Shown: positions 1 to 8,720 of the stretch, piece by piece
Layout of the letters: each line of letters opens with the position of its first letter
Numbering within the stretch: position 1 is the first letter of the stretch
IMG/VR virus record: IMGVR_UViG_3300042868_011386
Coordinates: 25,458-89,457 of that record
Strand: one strand, 5' to 3'
Length of the DNA stretch: 64,000 nucleotides
Source of the DNA: a virus
Program-made: the position numbers and the translations under genes
The notes under the pieces: generated by a model
The model's database searches: none
Told to the model about the DNA's origin: nothing
Seen by the model: the letters and a program-made list of their open reading frames with translations, nothing else

Positions 1-2
1 AT

Positions 3-248
3 AAAGAAAAAATACTGGAGCAACTTCAAAATGGAGTCGTACTCGTCACTTTTACCAAAGCTGATGGCACAGTTCGTAGTATGAAGTGTACGCTTCAACC
101 TAGTCTGCTTCCTCCGCATACAATCAAAGAAAAGACGTGTGCGAGCGGAGAAAACTGTGACTGCATCAAGGCATATGACCTTGAAGTGAATGGGTGGAGA
201 GCCTTTAAAATTTCTAGAATAATTTCAATTTTTGACACAAATGAGTAA
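3..248 (+). CDS. 5'-truncated small phage protein, SH3/WYL-like (DUF2693-like); not in the ORF track
   Basis: Manual translation KEKILEQLQNGVVLVTFTKADGTVRSMKCTL...AYDLEVNGWRAFK...DTNE*; the FTKxDG..R.M.CTL and DLE.NGWR.F motifs are typical of this small family in T4-like phages. Confidence 0.6.
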   Translation, partial: KEKILEQLQNGVVLVTFTKADGTVRSMKCTLQPSLLPPHTIKEKTCASGENCDCIKAYDLEVNGWRAFKISRIISIFDTNE

Positions 249-1458
249 TGCATTTAAAGCTGGACGCGTAATTGCGCCTGACGCAAAATGGACAGGTGAC
301 GAACCAGACTGGAATGGTTGGGAAACTTGGCCAACTGAAAAGTTTTATAAGACACGGGCACGTGCTTTAGGGTTTTATAATTACTACTTGGATACTGCCG
401 CGATGAAGCCACTCGTGCTTGATTGGATGAAGATCAACGGGTATAACAAGGATGATGTCTCTGCAATCAAAGAGGCAAACCCCAACGTTTTACCAAGCAC
501 TGTTGGTAAACTTGTGCGATGCTTGACGCGCGGAATGCCAAGTATACACCCACAAGCAACAGAATATTTTGCAACACTTCCTTTTCATGATGAGCCGCCA
601 GTTCCAAAGGATGATGCGTCAGTTGTGCATCATGAGTTAAAACGAGCAATTACGCTTTTACGAGCAAACTCATCGTCAGATAATAATGATGACACAAAGG
701 TTAAAGTTGCAACTCCAAGTCCACTTGATCGTATACGCGAGAGAGTGCACAAAGAGATTGTTGTGCAACTTGAGGATTGCACCGATCAATGGGCAACCAC
801 TCGTTCTGGAAATGCTTCTTTTAATATGTCTGCCGCTTTACGAGACTCTAAGATTCCAGCACAAGGCTGTAAGACTATACTCGATTGGTTAGAAAAAAAC
901 TATGAAGAATATAATGGAGCTCTTCAACGTCTCGATGAACAGCTTGTTGAAGGTTATTCACACTTACCAAAGGCAGAACTTCGTAAGATTGTAAAGTCGC
1001 TTGAAAGCATGATTGGTGACGTTCGTAACCATGCAAAAATTAAAAATTCTACTCGCAAGCCTCGTAAGAAAAAGGTTAAGGATGCTAGCAAACAGGTTTC
1101 AAAATTAAAGTATCAACAACATTCATCAGACTGGAGCCTAGACTCTGTTTCTCCGACTCGCATTCCAACTTCTCAGAGACTCTATCTCTTTAATACAAAA
1201 ACGCGGGCGCTGAGTGTCTATGTTGCATCTGGGGCGGCTGGCTTTGAAGTAAAAGGAACTTCATTAAAGGGTTATGACATGTCAAGCAGCTTTATTGCAA
1301 CTCTTCGTAAACCCAAAGAGACTCTAAATAACATTTTAAGTTCTACACCAAAACAACTTGACAAATTGTTTGTAAACTTAACAGTTAAGAAAAAACCAGC
1401 AAATGGCCGTATAAATGAACAAACAATAATCTTAAAAGTAGTTGAACACAAAATATAA
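241..1458 (+). CDS. Hypothetical protein upstream of gp33
   Basis: 405-aa ORF, ATG at 241 overlapping the previous stop; basic C-terminal domain; function not recognised. Confidence 0.6.
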   Translation: MSNAFKAGRVIAPDAKWTGDEPDWNGWETWPTEKFYKTRARALGFYNYYLDTAAMKPLVLDWMKINGYNKDDVSAIKEANPNVLPSTVGKLVRCLTRGMPSIHPQATEYFATLPFHDEPPVPKDDASVVHHELKRAITLLRANSSSDNNDDTKVKVATPSPLDRIRERVHKEIVVQLEDCTDQWATTRSGNASFNMSAALRDSKIPAQGCKTILDWLEKNYEEYNGALQRLDEQLVEGYSHLPKAELRKIVKSLESMIGDVRNHAKIKNSTRKPRKKKVKDASKQVSKLKYQQHSSDWSLDSVSPTRIPTSQRLYLFNTKTRALSVYVASGAAGFEVKGTSLKGYDMSSSFIATLRKPKETLNNILSSTPKQLDKLFVNLTVKKKPANGRINEQTIILKVVEHKI

Positions 1459-1459
1459 T

Positions 1460-1696
1460 ATGTCTGAAGAATTACCAATAAAAATTTTAACAAAACAGGA
1501 GTTTGCTCTTGAAATTGAGCGCCGGGTTCGTCTCAAATCTATAGGATATCTTGAAGCAATCATTGACTATTGCGATGACCATACAATAGATCCTGACGAC
1601 ATTTCAAAACTTGTTGTCGGCAGTCTAAAAGAAAAACTTGAAGCTGAGGCACAGCGCAATAACTTATTGCCTAGGAGCGCATCACTATTTGCATGA
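1460..1696 (+). CDS. gp33: Late transcription co-activator gp33
   Basis: F..EIE...YLEAIIDYC....IDPDDISKLV..SLKEKLEAEA..NLL motif; gp33-gp59-gp32 order. Confidence 0.88.
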   Translation: MSEELPIKILTKQEFALEIERRVRLKSIGYLEAIIDYCDDHTIDPDDISKLVVGSLKEKLEAEAQRNNLLPRSASLFA

Positions 1697-2310
1697 CAGT
1701 TCAAGACGTACGAGTCTCTGGTTTTGAGACGTGGTCAATTTATATGGCCATGAAATTGCATTTTAGTGAAGGCAACTATGATGCATTTAAATTTAACTTT
1801 AAGGGACCACGTTTAAAGGAGAGTACATTTCAGTCTCGGCGGGATCGTTATTTTTTTGAAAAATTGGCTCGTCGTTATGTTAAAAAGAAAACAGTAATTG
1901 AATATTTTTTAGCCAATCTACTTGCTGGAAATGAATGGATTGGAAATATGTCTGAAGAGGCCTATACACTTTGGACTTCTAAAATACAGCGATTACAATA
2001 TAGCTTTAAAGAAGAGCTCATTGCATGCAAGTCGATTACTGACAACTTTGATGAACTGTTGCAACCGCGCGGCTCGCAAATACCACTCTATGATTTTGCG
2101 GCGAGTGGTCGAGTCTCTGTAGAGACGCTATGCATACTTGATGTCTTATGCAACTATTCATGTCGTATCGTTGCAGGAGTGTCTGACCCAATGGGGCTTT
2201 ACGCCGCCATGACTCTAAAGATAAATAACTACAAGCCATTTATTCGCAACTTACCGTTGCAACAAAAAGCTTTTCAAGAAATTGTAATAAAAACATTTAC
2301 AAAGCCTTGA
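1693..2310 (+). CDS. gp59: Helicase loader gp59
   Basis: YMAMKLHF...YDAFKFN...F..RRDRYFFEKLA motif; lies between gp33 and gp32. Confidence 0.88.
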   Translation: MTVQDVRVSGFETWSIYMAMKLHFSEGNYDAFKFNFKGPRLKESTFQSRRDRYFFEKLARRYVKKKTVIEYFLANLLAGNEWIGNMSEEAYTLWTSKIQRLQYSFKEELIACKSITDNFDELLQPRGSQIPLYDFAASGRVSVETLCILDVLCNYSCRIVAGVSDPMGLYAAMTLKINNYKPFIRNLPLQQKAFQEIVIKTFTKP

Positions 2311-2323
2311 AATATGTTATAAT
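2296..2323 (+). promoter_or_regulatory. Sigma70-type promoter upstream of gene 32
   Basis: TTTACA (2296-2301), 16-nt spacer, extended -10 TGtTATAAT (TATAAT 2318-2323). Confidence 0.6.
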
Positions 2324-2380
2324 AGCCAAGTGGTTATATAACATCACATAATAACAATACACTGCAATACAAATAAACAT

Positions 2381-3301
2381 ATGTCATTTGACAAACTAAA
2401 ACAAAATCGGGCAGCAAGCATCAATAAACTTGTTGAAGCTGCAGAAAAATTGAGTACACCAAAAGCTTCATACGGAGACGATCGTATTTGGAGCCCAGTA
2501 GTTGATAAAGCTGGAAACGGTTATGCTGTGATTCGCTTCTTACCAGCTCTTGAAGGTGAAGATCTGCCATGGGTTCGCTTTTGGGATCATGGTTTTAAGG
2601 GACCAACTGGTCGTTGGTACATTGAAAATTCACTTACCAGTATCGGTCAACCTGACCCGGTAAGTGAGATCAATAGCGTGCTTTGGAACAGCGGCAATGA
2701 AAAAGACAAAGAGATTGCTCGCGAGCGTAAGCGTCGTTTGCATTATGTCTCTAATATTCTAGTGCTTAGTGACCCAGCAAATCCAGACAACGAAGGTAAA
2801 GTTTTCTTGTACAAATATGGCAAGAAAATCTTTGACAAGATTATGGATATTATGCAACCACAGTTTCAAGATGAGACTCCAATCAACCCATTTGATTTTT
2901 GGGCCGGTGCAAACTTCAAGTTGAAAATTCGCAACTTTGAAGGCTATCGTAACTATGATAAGTCTGAATTTGAAGGAGCTTCTGAACTTTTCAGCGGAGA
3001 CGAAGCTAAGCTTGAGAAGATTTACAATTCGTTGTACTCATTAAAGGACTTTATTGACCCTGCAAACTATAAGTCGTATGCAGACCTTAAACGTAAACTT
3101 GTTGAAGTACTTGGTGCTGAAGCGCTCGCCGGTTCTTCTACTGAACCAGCAAGTGTAAATGTTGCGGCAGCAGCAGTCGGTAAGTCAGTTGAACCAGTAC
3201 AAAGTTATAATAGTTCAGAATCAACATTTGCTGCGTCAAGCACTGATGATGACGATGATGAATCGCTTAGTTACTTTGCAAAGCTTGCTCAAGGCAGCTA
3301 A
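2381..3301 (+). CDS. gp32: Single-stranded DNA-binding protein gp32
   Basis: DKAGNGYAVIRFLP, HGFKGPTGRWYIENSLT, GANFKLKIR..GYRNYDKSEF, acidic tail DDDDDESLSYFAKLA. Confidence 0.96.
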   Translation: MSFDKLKQNRAASINKLVEAAEKLSTPKASYGDDRIWSPVVDKAGNGYAVIRFLPALEGEDLPWVRFWDHGFKGPTGRWYIENSLTSIGQPDPVSEINSVLWNSGNEKDKEIARERKRRLHYVSNILVLSDPANPDNEGKVFLYKYGKKIFDKIMDIMQPQFQDETPINPFDFWAGANFKLKIRNFEGYRNYDKSEFEGASELFSGDEAKLEKIYNSLYSLKDFIDPANYKSYADLKRKLVEVLGAEALAGSSTEPASVNVAAAAVGKSVEPVQSYNSSESTFAASSTDDDDDESLSYFAKLAQGS

Positions 3302-3316
3302 TAATTAACTCTATAC

Positions 3317-3350
3317 AAAACAGGGGATAGAATGTTCTATCCCCTGTTTT
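3317..3350. terminator. Rho-independent terminator after gene 32, possibly bidirectional
   Basis: Perfect inverted repeat aaaacaggggataga-atgt-tctatcccctgtttt. Confidence 0.85.
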
Positions 3351-3363
3351 CATATATACTTCT

Positions 3364-3642
3364 ATGATATTTTTAATAAAAGTATTTACGTATGTAAATT
3401 GTATTGATTGTTTGCGCCACCTAAAAACTCTCCGCGACTATTGCGATCGTACTCCGACAATTTTAGAAATTGTTGATATTGATAAAGAAGAAAATATACC
3501 TCTTATATTTGAATACAACATAATGGGTATACCGCATACACTATGCTATAATATACGAGGTGAAATTATGCACAGTTTTCCGGGTGTAAAAACTGCAGAA
3601 GAGTTTGATGATATTGTTTATCACCGTATCTGTAATCAATAA
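3364..3642 (+). CDS. Thioredoxin/glutaredoxin-fold protein
   Basis: CxxC (CIDC), VDID, YNIMGIP (cis-Pro loop); 92 aa. Confidence 0.7.
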   Translation: MIFLIKVFTYVNCIDCLRHLKTLRDYCDRTPTILEIVDIDKEENIPLIFEYNIMGIPHTLCYNIRGEIMHSFPGVKTAEEFDDIVYHRICNQ

Positions 3643-5468
3643 CCCATAGCGCTGCCAGTTAATATTGGCATCATCGGAGAAGCATTATTGTTTACGTTGC
3701 TCGTATTAATATTACTTACATTTCCTCCATTATTGTTATTTACAATTACTGTTGGAGCAATATTTGAAATGTTTCCAGCGGTCGCTAACATACTTCCAGA
3801 TGATGCCGGCACCCCTTGCACATTATTTTTCCACTTGAAGTTTGATGCTGCATATTCATCCCATGACCCATAACCCGCAGCCATAGCCTTTTCAGGTTTA
3901 CTTAATTCTGAAAAATTATTTGTAGATACGGCCTTTAATATTTTTTCGGAAGATTCGGTAGTAAGTTTTTCAGCAGTTGGTGTGACACTTTTTTCAGCAG
4001 TTGGTGTGACACTTTTTTCGGAAGATTCGGTAGTAAGTTTTTCAGCAGTTGGTGTGACACTTTTTTCGGAAGATTCAGATTTCTCACTCTTTTTAGTGTT
4101 GTATGCATATTCATATATGCTGTCTGGAACAGACTTTCTAAACCAATATTTTGGATTTGCCATAGAAAGATCTTCATTGGGGTCAGGTAATATTGCTCGT
4201 AGGGCGCTACGTTGCATGTCGTCAATTGAACTTGCAAGACTGTCTGCTGCGCCAGTTATGCTTTCTCCAGCCGAAGAAAATAATGCCCCCAATTTTTCTG
4301 GTAAACTTGCAAAAAAGTCAATAACAATACCCGGCAAATCTCCTATAAATTTACCAATTGTAGCATACATCTCAAACATTGGATCTACTAAATATGTTTT
4401 ATACAAATCAGTAAACGAAAAGCTATCTAAAAATTTGGAAAATTCTGAAAATCCTAGCTTTTCAGATATCCAGGATATTCCATCTTTTACTGAGTCTAAT
4501 AAACTGCCAATCAAGCCATCAAATACACCTACAAGTAATCCTTTTAGACCGCCGATCAAACCACCTTCTTTAAAGCCAGCAATTGCTCCCTTTATTCCGC
4601 CATAGATTCCCATTATTATTGTTAACGGCCAACCTAAAACTTTTAAAAACGGACCGACAATTTTACCCACTGACAAAAGCATTTTTGCAAGGCCTCCCCC
4701 AGCTTTCATTCCAATTTTAAAAAACCGAGACATACTTGAGAATGTTTCGCCTATTACTGAAAATGCTTCGCCAGCAACTCCAACAACACTAGACACAGTC
4801 TTGATTATTGGCGAGTTTCCAAATATAGAAAATACTTTTCCGAGTAGAGTAAATAATTTGCTAGACTTAAACTTATTAATGAGTTCCGCAATCTTTTCTA
4901 TACCAGTAAAAACCCCCTTAAACAATGGAGAGGCCTTTAGCCGAGTTACAATGTTTGTAAAAAATTGACTAATTGCAGAAAAAACGCTGCTAATTTTTTG
5001 AAAAAGTTTTGTTTTTCCAAGAACATTAAACAGCGCAGACGTTAGTTTACCTACAAACCCAACTGCAAAACCAGCTAATAGGGCGGCGGCTGACAATATT
5101 CCGCTAAATATACCACCCGGCATCTTAAACTTAGAGTCTTTGACGGGTGTGCGTGTTCTGTCTGGCCTTAAGCCTCTAAGAGCATCAAGTAATTCGTCAC
5201 GATTTTCACGTTCTTGAAGCTTATTGCCTTCAAGTCGTTTTGCCAAAACTACATTTGATCGTATTAGAATATCAAACTTGTCTTTTAAGTCTGTTGCTAC
5301 ATTTACAAGTCTATCTAAAAAAGTAGGAACCTCTGTAGTGTTTTCACGAGCAGCATTTGACGCAAGCGTAAAGTCATAGTTATCAATGGTATCAAGTATA
5401 AGATCTTGAGACAAGTTTGAGCTTTGTAATTCCTTTACAACTTGTGCTAGTGTTGATTCGTCGTTCAT
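3636..5468 (-). CDS. Tape measure / baseplate hub protein (gp29-like)
   Basis: 610 aa, helical with Gly-rich hydrophobic stretches and an Asn-rich C-terminus; directly follows gp26/gp51. Confidence 0.65.
   Translation of the reverse strand: MNDESTLAQVVKELQSSNLSQDLILDTIDNYDFTLASNAARENTTEVPTFLDRLVNVATDLKDKFDILIRSNVVLAKRLEGNKLQERENRDELLDALRGLRPDRTRTPVKDSKFKMPGGIFSGILSAAALLAGFAVGFVGKLTSALFNVLGKTKLFQKISSVFSAISQFFTNIVTRLKASPLFKGVFTGIEKIAELINKFKSSKLFTLLGKVFSIFGNSPIIKTVSSVVGVAGEAFSVIGETFSSMSRFFKIGMKAGGGLAKMLLSVGKIVGPFLKVLGWPLTIIMGIYGGIKGAIAGFKEGGLIGGLKGLLVGVFDGLIGSLLDSVKDGISWISEKLGFSEFSKFLDSFSFTDLYKTYLVDPMFEMYATIGKFIGDLPGIVIDFFASLPEKLGALFSSAGESITGAADSLASSIDDMQRSALRAILPDPNEDLSMANPKYWFRKSVPDSIYEYAYNTKKSEKSESSEKSVTPTAEKLTTESSEKSVTPTAEKSVTPTAEKLTTESSEKILKAVSTNNFSELSKPEKAMAAGYGSWDEYAASNFKWKNNVQGVPASSGSMLATAGNISNIAPTVIVNNNNGGNVSNINTSNVNNNASPMMPILTGSAMGY
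3941..4076 (-). repeat. Exact in-frame micro-duplications in the tape measure gene
   Basis: Units ttttcagcagttggtgtgacact x3 and ttttttcggaagattc x3; encode SEKSVTPTAEKLTTES-type repeats. Confidence 0.9.
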
Positions 5469-5647
5469 TTTTTACGTTTTTCTTCTTCTTCCTGTATGTG
5501 TTTTATTAACATTGCGATATAAATTTCCCTCTCCCACGGCAGCATATTATCTAATTCAGTTAAACTATATTTGTGATGTTGTATTAATGCAAAATTTGTT
5601 TGATAATAATTAGTTAACGATTCATGTGAGAGGGCTATTCGAAAAAA
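5465..5647 (-). CDS. gp51: gp51-like baseplate hub assembly protein; no ATG/GTG/TTG at its N-terminus, probably made by -1 frameshift from gp26; not in the ORF track
   Basis: Manual translation FFRIALSHESLTNYYQTNFALIQHHKYSLTELDNMLPWEREIYIAMLIKHIQEEEEKRKK*, matching the short gp51 family of marine T4-like phages; its stop overlaps the tape measure ATG (ATGA). Confidence 0.8.
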   Translation of the reverse strand, partial: FFRIALSHESLTNYYQTNFALIQHHKYSLTELDNMLPWEREIYIAMLIKHIQEEEEKRKK

Positions 5648-6345
5648 GCCTGCGTTCCTGTAAGAGTAATATTATTTTCTTTTTTACAACCAGTACAATT
5701 AAATTGAAGCGTGTGTTGTAATTTTGGAGAGTTTGATATATACTCTTCAATTTTATTAAGTTGTGCACGATTTAAACTGTTTACAAATGTTAACAGCTCT
5801 TCACGATTTGATTGTGCTGCTGGATAAACTCCGCTTTCGTCAAAAATTGATTCAATTGAAGCAATAAGCATATTTGTTATTGTGTCAACATTGATTTCGG
5901 ATGTGGCTATAATAGAAGACATATCATCAACGCATATATGTCGTAAAATTACTCCAATTTTATCGGTCAACATAATTTTACTATCAACTTGTTGTTTTGG
6001 CCATGTAATTTCGATGTCATCTATGTTTACTGAGACTTCATTGTATGTTTCGCAATAATCACATTTACATTTTATATTGCTAATTTCTCCTACGCTTTTT
6101 GCTCGGAGTTTTAAGAAAATATACTCAAGGTCAAATGATGTTAATTGTTCTGGTTTACAGACATTAAATGTACATGCTCTTATAATATCTTTAATTGCTG
6201 ACATCATTTCGCTAGAATTGTTAGATTCTTGCGCAAGCAATAATATTTTTTCTTCTTTTACGAGGAATGGACGATATTCAATTGACTGCGACGTTGACGG
6301 CACAGTGAGTATATATTTTGGCGATTCAAGTGTTGGTAATGGCAT
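5635..6345 (-). CDS. gp26: Baseplate hub assembly protein gp26
   Basis: MPLPTL..P.Y.L.VPST...YRPFLVKEEKILL, FDLEYIFLKLRAKSVGE, two CxxC pairs, ends G.Q.FF. Confidence 0.88.
   Translation of the reverse strand: MPLPTLESPKYILTVPSTSQSIEYRPFLVKEEKILLLAQESNNSSEMMSAIKDIIRACTFNVCKPEQLTSFDLEYIFLKLRAKSVGEISNIKCKCDYCETYNEVSVNIDDIEITWPKQQVDSKIMLTDKIGVILRHICVDDMSSIIATSEINVDTITNMLIASIESIFDESGVYPAAQSNREELLTFVNSLNRAQLNKIEEYISNSPKLQHTLQFNCTGCKKENNITLTGTQAFFE
5641..5647 (-). other. Candidate -1 ribosomal frameshift heptamer T TTT TTC
   Basis: gp26 ends GCT TTT TTC GAA TAG; the -1 frame reads TTT TTT CGA ATA GCC into the gp51 frame. Confidence 0.65.
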
Positions 6346-6356
6346 AATATTATATA

Positions 6357-6884
6357 TTAGTGTATAATTTTCAATTTATCATAGGTAAATACTACTGTTA
6401 CTTTTTGAATAGTAGATTCACTGTTGTTGTCTAATTCCATGGAGTTTAGAGTAATTGGATAGGCTCCCTGTAGAGTTACTTTATGAACTGCTTTATTTTG
6501 TTCATCTAGTTGAGTAATGCTTATTTCCGTCTTATAGTCACTATAATTAGAAGTTAATAGGTATGAATCAATATCTATTATTTTCTGCATCCATGTGTCT
6601 ATTGCAGTTTTAATAAAATTATTATTAGTTAAAATAAATGTCATTGTAACGTCATCCTCAATATATCCTGTTGGTATTTTTAGTGGTCGACGAGTGCCAA
6701 TGTCATAGTCCAATGTAGTTATTTGTTTTCCAGGAATACTAGTAGTTTCACAAAAATATGGTATATCTCGTGTCGACTCAGATGATCCAGGAATTGCAGC
6801 AAACGTTACGTAAAAGCGATTTGCTTTGGCAATCCCACCATTTCTAATTATAGCAGACTTAAAATCATTTATTGAAGACGACAT
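6357..6884 (-). CDS. Tail tube initiator / tube-fold baseplate protein (gp54-like)
   Basis: GGIAKANRFYV, CETTSIPG, QLD.....V.L..AYP, VTVVFTY motifs of the gp19/gp54 tube fold. Confidence 0.7.
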   Translation of the reverse strand: MSSSINDFKSAIIRNGGIAKANRFYVTFAAIPGSSESTRDIPYFCETTSIPGKQITTLDYDIGTRRPLKIPTGYIEDDVTMTFILTNNNFIKTAIDTWMQKIIDIDSYLLTSNYSDYKTEISITQLDEQNKAVHKVTLQGAYPITLNSMELDNNSESTIQKVTVVFTYDKLKIIH

Positions 6885-6885
6885 A

Positions 6886-7470
6886 TTAGATTAGTGTACG
6901 TGTTTTTTGCCAAATTGATATATTCTTTTGGCCGACAAAGGAGTCGGTTGGTAAAAAGAGTGCTATTTCCCATTCTTTTGGAAGTACTTCAACTGTTTTA
7001 GAAGAGACGTGTTTATAGAGATAATGTTTAAAACAAGGGGCATAGGCACGTAACTTTGCAGTGCTACTTAACATGTCATATGACAGCCTAAAGCGAGTCG
7101 TTTCATCTAACTTTTTATTATTCATATGATCCATAAGGCGATCAAAAAATACCGCGCGTTGACGGGGCGGTAAGTAGTGTAAGTTTAGGCCATAAAAGCC
7201 TCCCTTTGCTGGTCCTATCATGAGTATAAGTGGAAACTTATCATAATACGGCAGTGTTTCTTTATATTTTGGGTCATATAAAAACATAAACATACGACCA
7301 ATAAGTGGTTTACGACGCGTTTGTAACGAGTCATCATTTAAAACCCTCGATGGAGATATATTTGATAGGTTGCGTATTTTACGTATAAACCAGTCGCGTG
7401 ACTCTACAGAGCGCGGTAAAAAGCCGGCGCGTTCTGCATCGGCTTGAATCTTAGAAAAAAGAGACGGCAT
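6886..7470 (-). CDS. gp2: DNA end protector gp2
   Basis: GRMFMFLYDPKYKETLPYYDKFPL, GLNLHYLPP, FKHYL, EWEIALFLPT. Confidence 0.9.
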   Translation of the reverse strand: MPSLFSKIQADAERAGFLPRSVESRDWFIRKIRNLSNISPSRVLNDDSLQTRRKPLIGRMFMFLYDPKYKETLPYYDKFPLILMIGPAKGGFYGLNLHYLPPRQRAVFFDRLMDHMNNKKLDETTRFRLSYDMLSSTAKLRAYAPCFKHYLYKHVSSKTVEVLPKEWEIALFLPTDSFVGQKNISIWQKTRTLI

Positions 7471-7475
7471 ATATC

Positions 7476-7483
7476 TATTTATA
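7476..7483 (-). promoter_or_regulatory. T4-type late promoter for gp2
   Basis: TATAAATA on the minus strand, 5 nt before the gp2 ATG. Confidence 0.8.
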
Positions 7484-7490
7484 GCATTTT

Positions 7491-7946
7491 TTACGTCAAT
7501 AATTTTATGCCAAGCGCCTTTATTGTATCTTCAGTCCACACTTCAAAAATCCATCCTCGATCAGCGCAATATTCTCGTGCAGCTTCCCACTTTGATATAT
7601 TTTTTGCATAGGTGAGTACCTCTGTAATGTATGCCTTTGTTTTTTTAGACCGCACAGCTGGTTCCTGTGTTTGTTTTTTAGGTTTTATTTCAATAAGATA
7701 AGTAGTTCCAGTCTTAAATGTTACTTTTAAGTCTACAAAATATCTATGACTTTTTCCGTCTGAGCGGCATCGGTATGGCACAACTGTTTCTTCACTGCTC
7801 CAAGAAACTACGGCTGGATTTTCATCGCACCACTTAAAAACTTGACGCTCCCATAGCGATCGATATACGACTCCAGAAGCGTCTCCATCATATTTTTCTT
7901 TGTGCGCTATGCGATATTTACCACTATAATAATGTTTTTTCGCCAT
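7491..7946 (-). CDS. gp4: Head completion nuclease gp4
   Basis: KY.GD...VVYRSLWE...WCD.NP....WSSEE, HRYFVD, IEIKP, N..KWEAA. Confidence 0.92.
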   Translation of the reverse strand: MAKKHYYSGKYRIAHKEKYDGDASGVVYRSLWERQVFKWCDENPAVVSWSSEETVVPYRCRSDGKSHRYFVDLKVTFKTGTTYLIEIKPKKQTQEPAVRSKKTKAYITEVLTYAKNISKWEAAREYCADRGWIFEVWTEDTIKALGIKLLT

Positions 7947-7963
7947 ATAAATACTTATATGGC
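7942..7963. promoter_or_regulatory. Palindromic divergent late promoter pair for gp4 and gp48
   Basis: GCCATATAA-atac-TTATATGGC; TATAAATA (+, 7946-7953) and TATAAGTA (-, 7959-7952), each 5 nt before an ATG. Confidence 0.75.
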
Positions 7964-8717
7964 ATTAACTTTTCCAAGTGATCGAGCAAAGCTGTCATCA
8001 CGTCCATTTATTAAATTTGCATGTAAAGGTGCGGCTGCAACTACTATAGTATTGCCCATACCTGGCTCGTTGCAGTTTGGTGATGGTGCAACATACAATA
8101 ATACTGAATTAGGATTTTTAGGAGGCAGCCTTGCCAGTATAGCATCAGCCGCATCTGGCGCAGGTTCATTTAAGGGCGCTGGTGAAGCTGCGCTTAAACA
8201 GATAGGTGATATATACAATAAGGTGGGTGGCGGTATCGCAAATGCGCCAATTTCTTCACTTGTACAGGGGGTGACTGCTCTAACAGGAGCAAACGAATCA
8301 ATTCAAAGCGCAATAAGCATAGGCACTGGCACAACGCTAAATAAAAATATAAACACTGAATTTACTGCAACAAACACTCGTGTCTTTACATTTGCATTTC
8401 AACTAATACCATCCTCAACTGATGAGGCAACTGAAATAAAAAATATTGTAGCAGCATTTCGTACAAACCTGTATCCAGAGGGCGGCGAGTTTCAACTAAA
8501 ATATCCGCCAAAATGGACTATAGAATTTAGAAAGGGCGGAAGTGGAGACATTATAACTGATATACCGAAAATAGGACAAACATATTTAACTGAAGTTAGC
8601 ACTACATTTAATAGTACTGCTAATATGTGGAGAGCAGATGGATCACCAATTGAAACATCTATTCAACTGCAATTTATGGAAACACGGGCCCATAGACTAG
8701 ACACCTTACCAACATAA
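7959..8717 (+). CDS. gp48: Baseplate tail tube cap gp48
   Basis: LPIP..L.......YN..ELG..G, R.F.F.F.LIP.S..EA..IK.I...FR..LYP, YPP.W.I, L.F.E; start taken at the ATG after the late promoter. Confidence 0.78.
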   Translation: MALTFPSDRAKLSSRPFIKFACKGAAATTIVLPIPGSLQFGDGATYNNTELGFLGGSLASIASAASGAGSFKGAGEAALKQIGDIYNKVGGGIANAPISSLVQGVTALTGANESIQSAISIGTGTTLNKNINTEFTATNTRVFTFAFQLIPSSTDEATEIKNIVAAFRTNLYPEGGEFQLKYPPKWTIEFRKGGSGDIITDIPKIGQTYLTEVSTTFNSTANMWRADGSPIETSIQLQFMETRAHRLDTLPT

Positions 8718-8720
8718 ATT

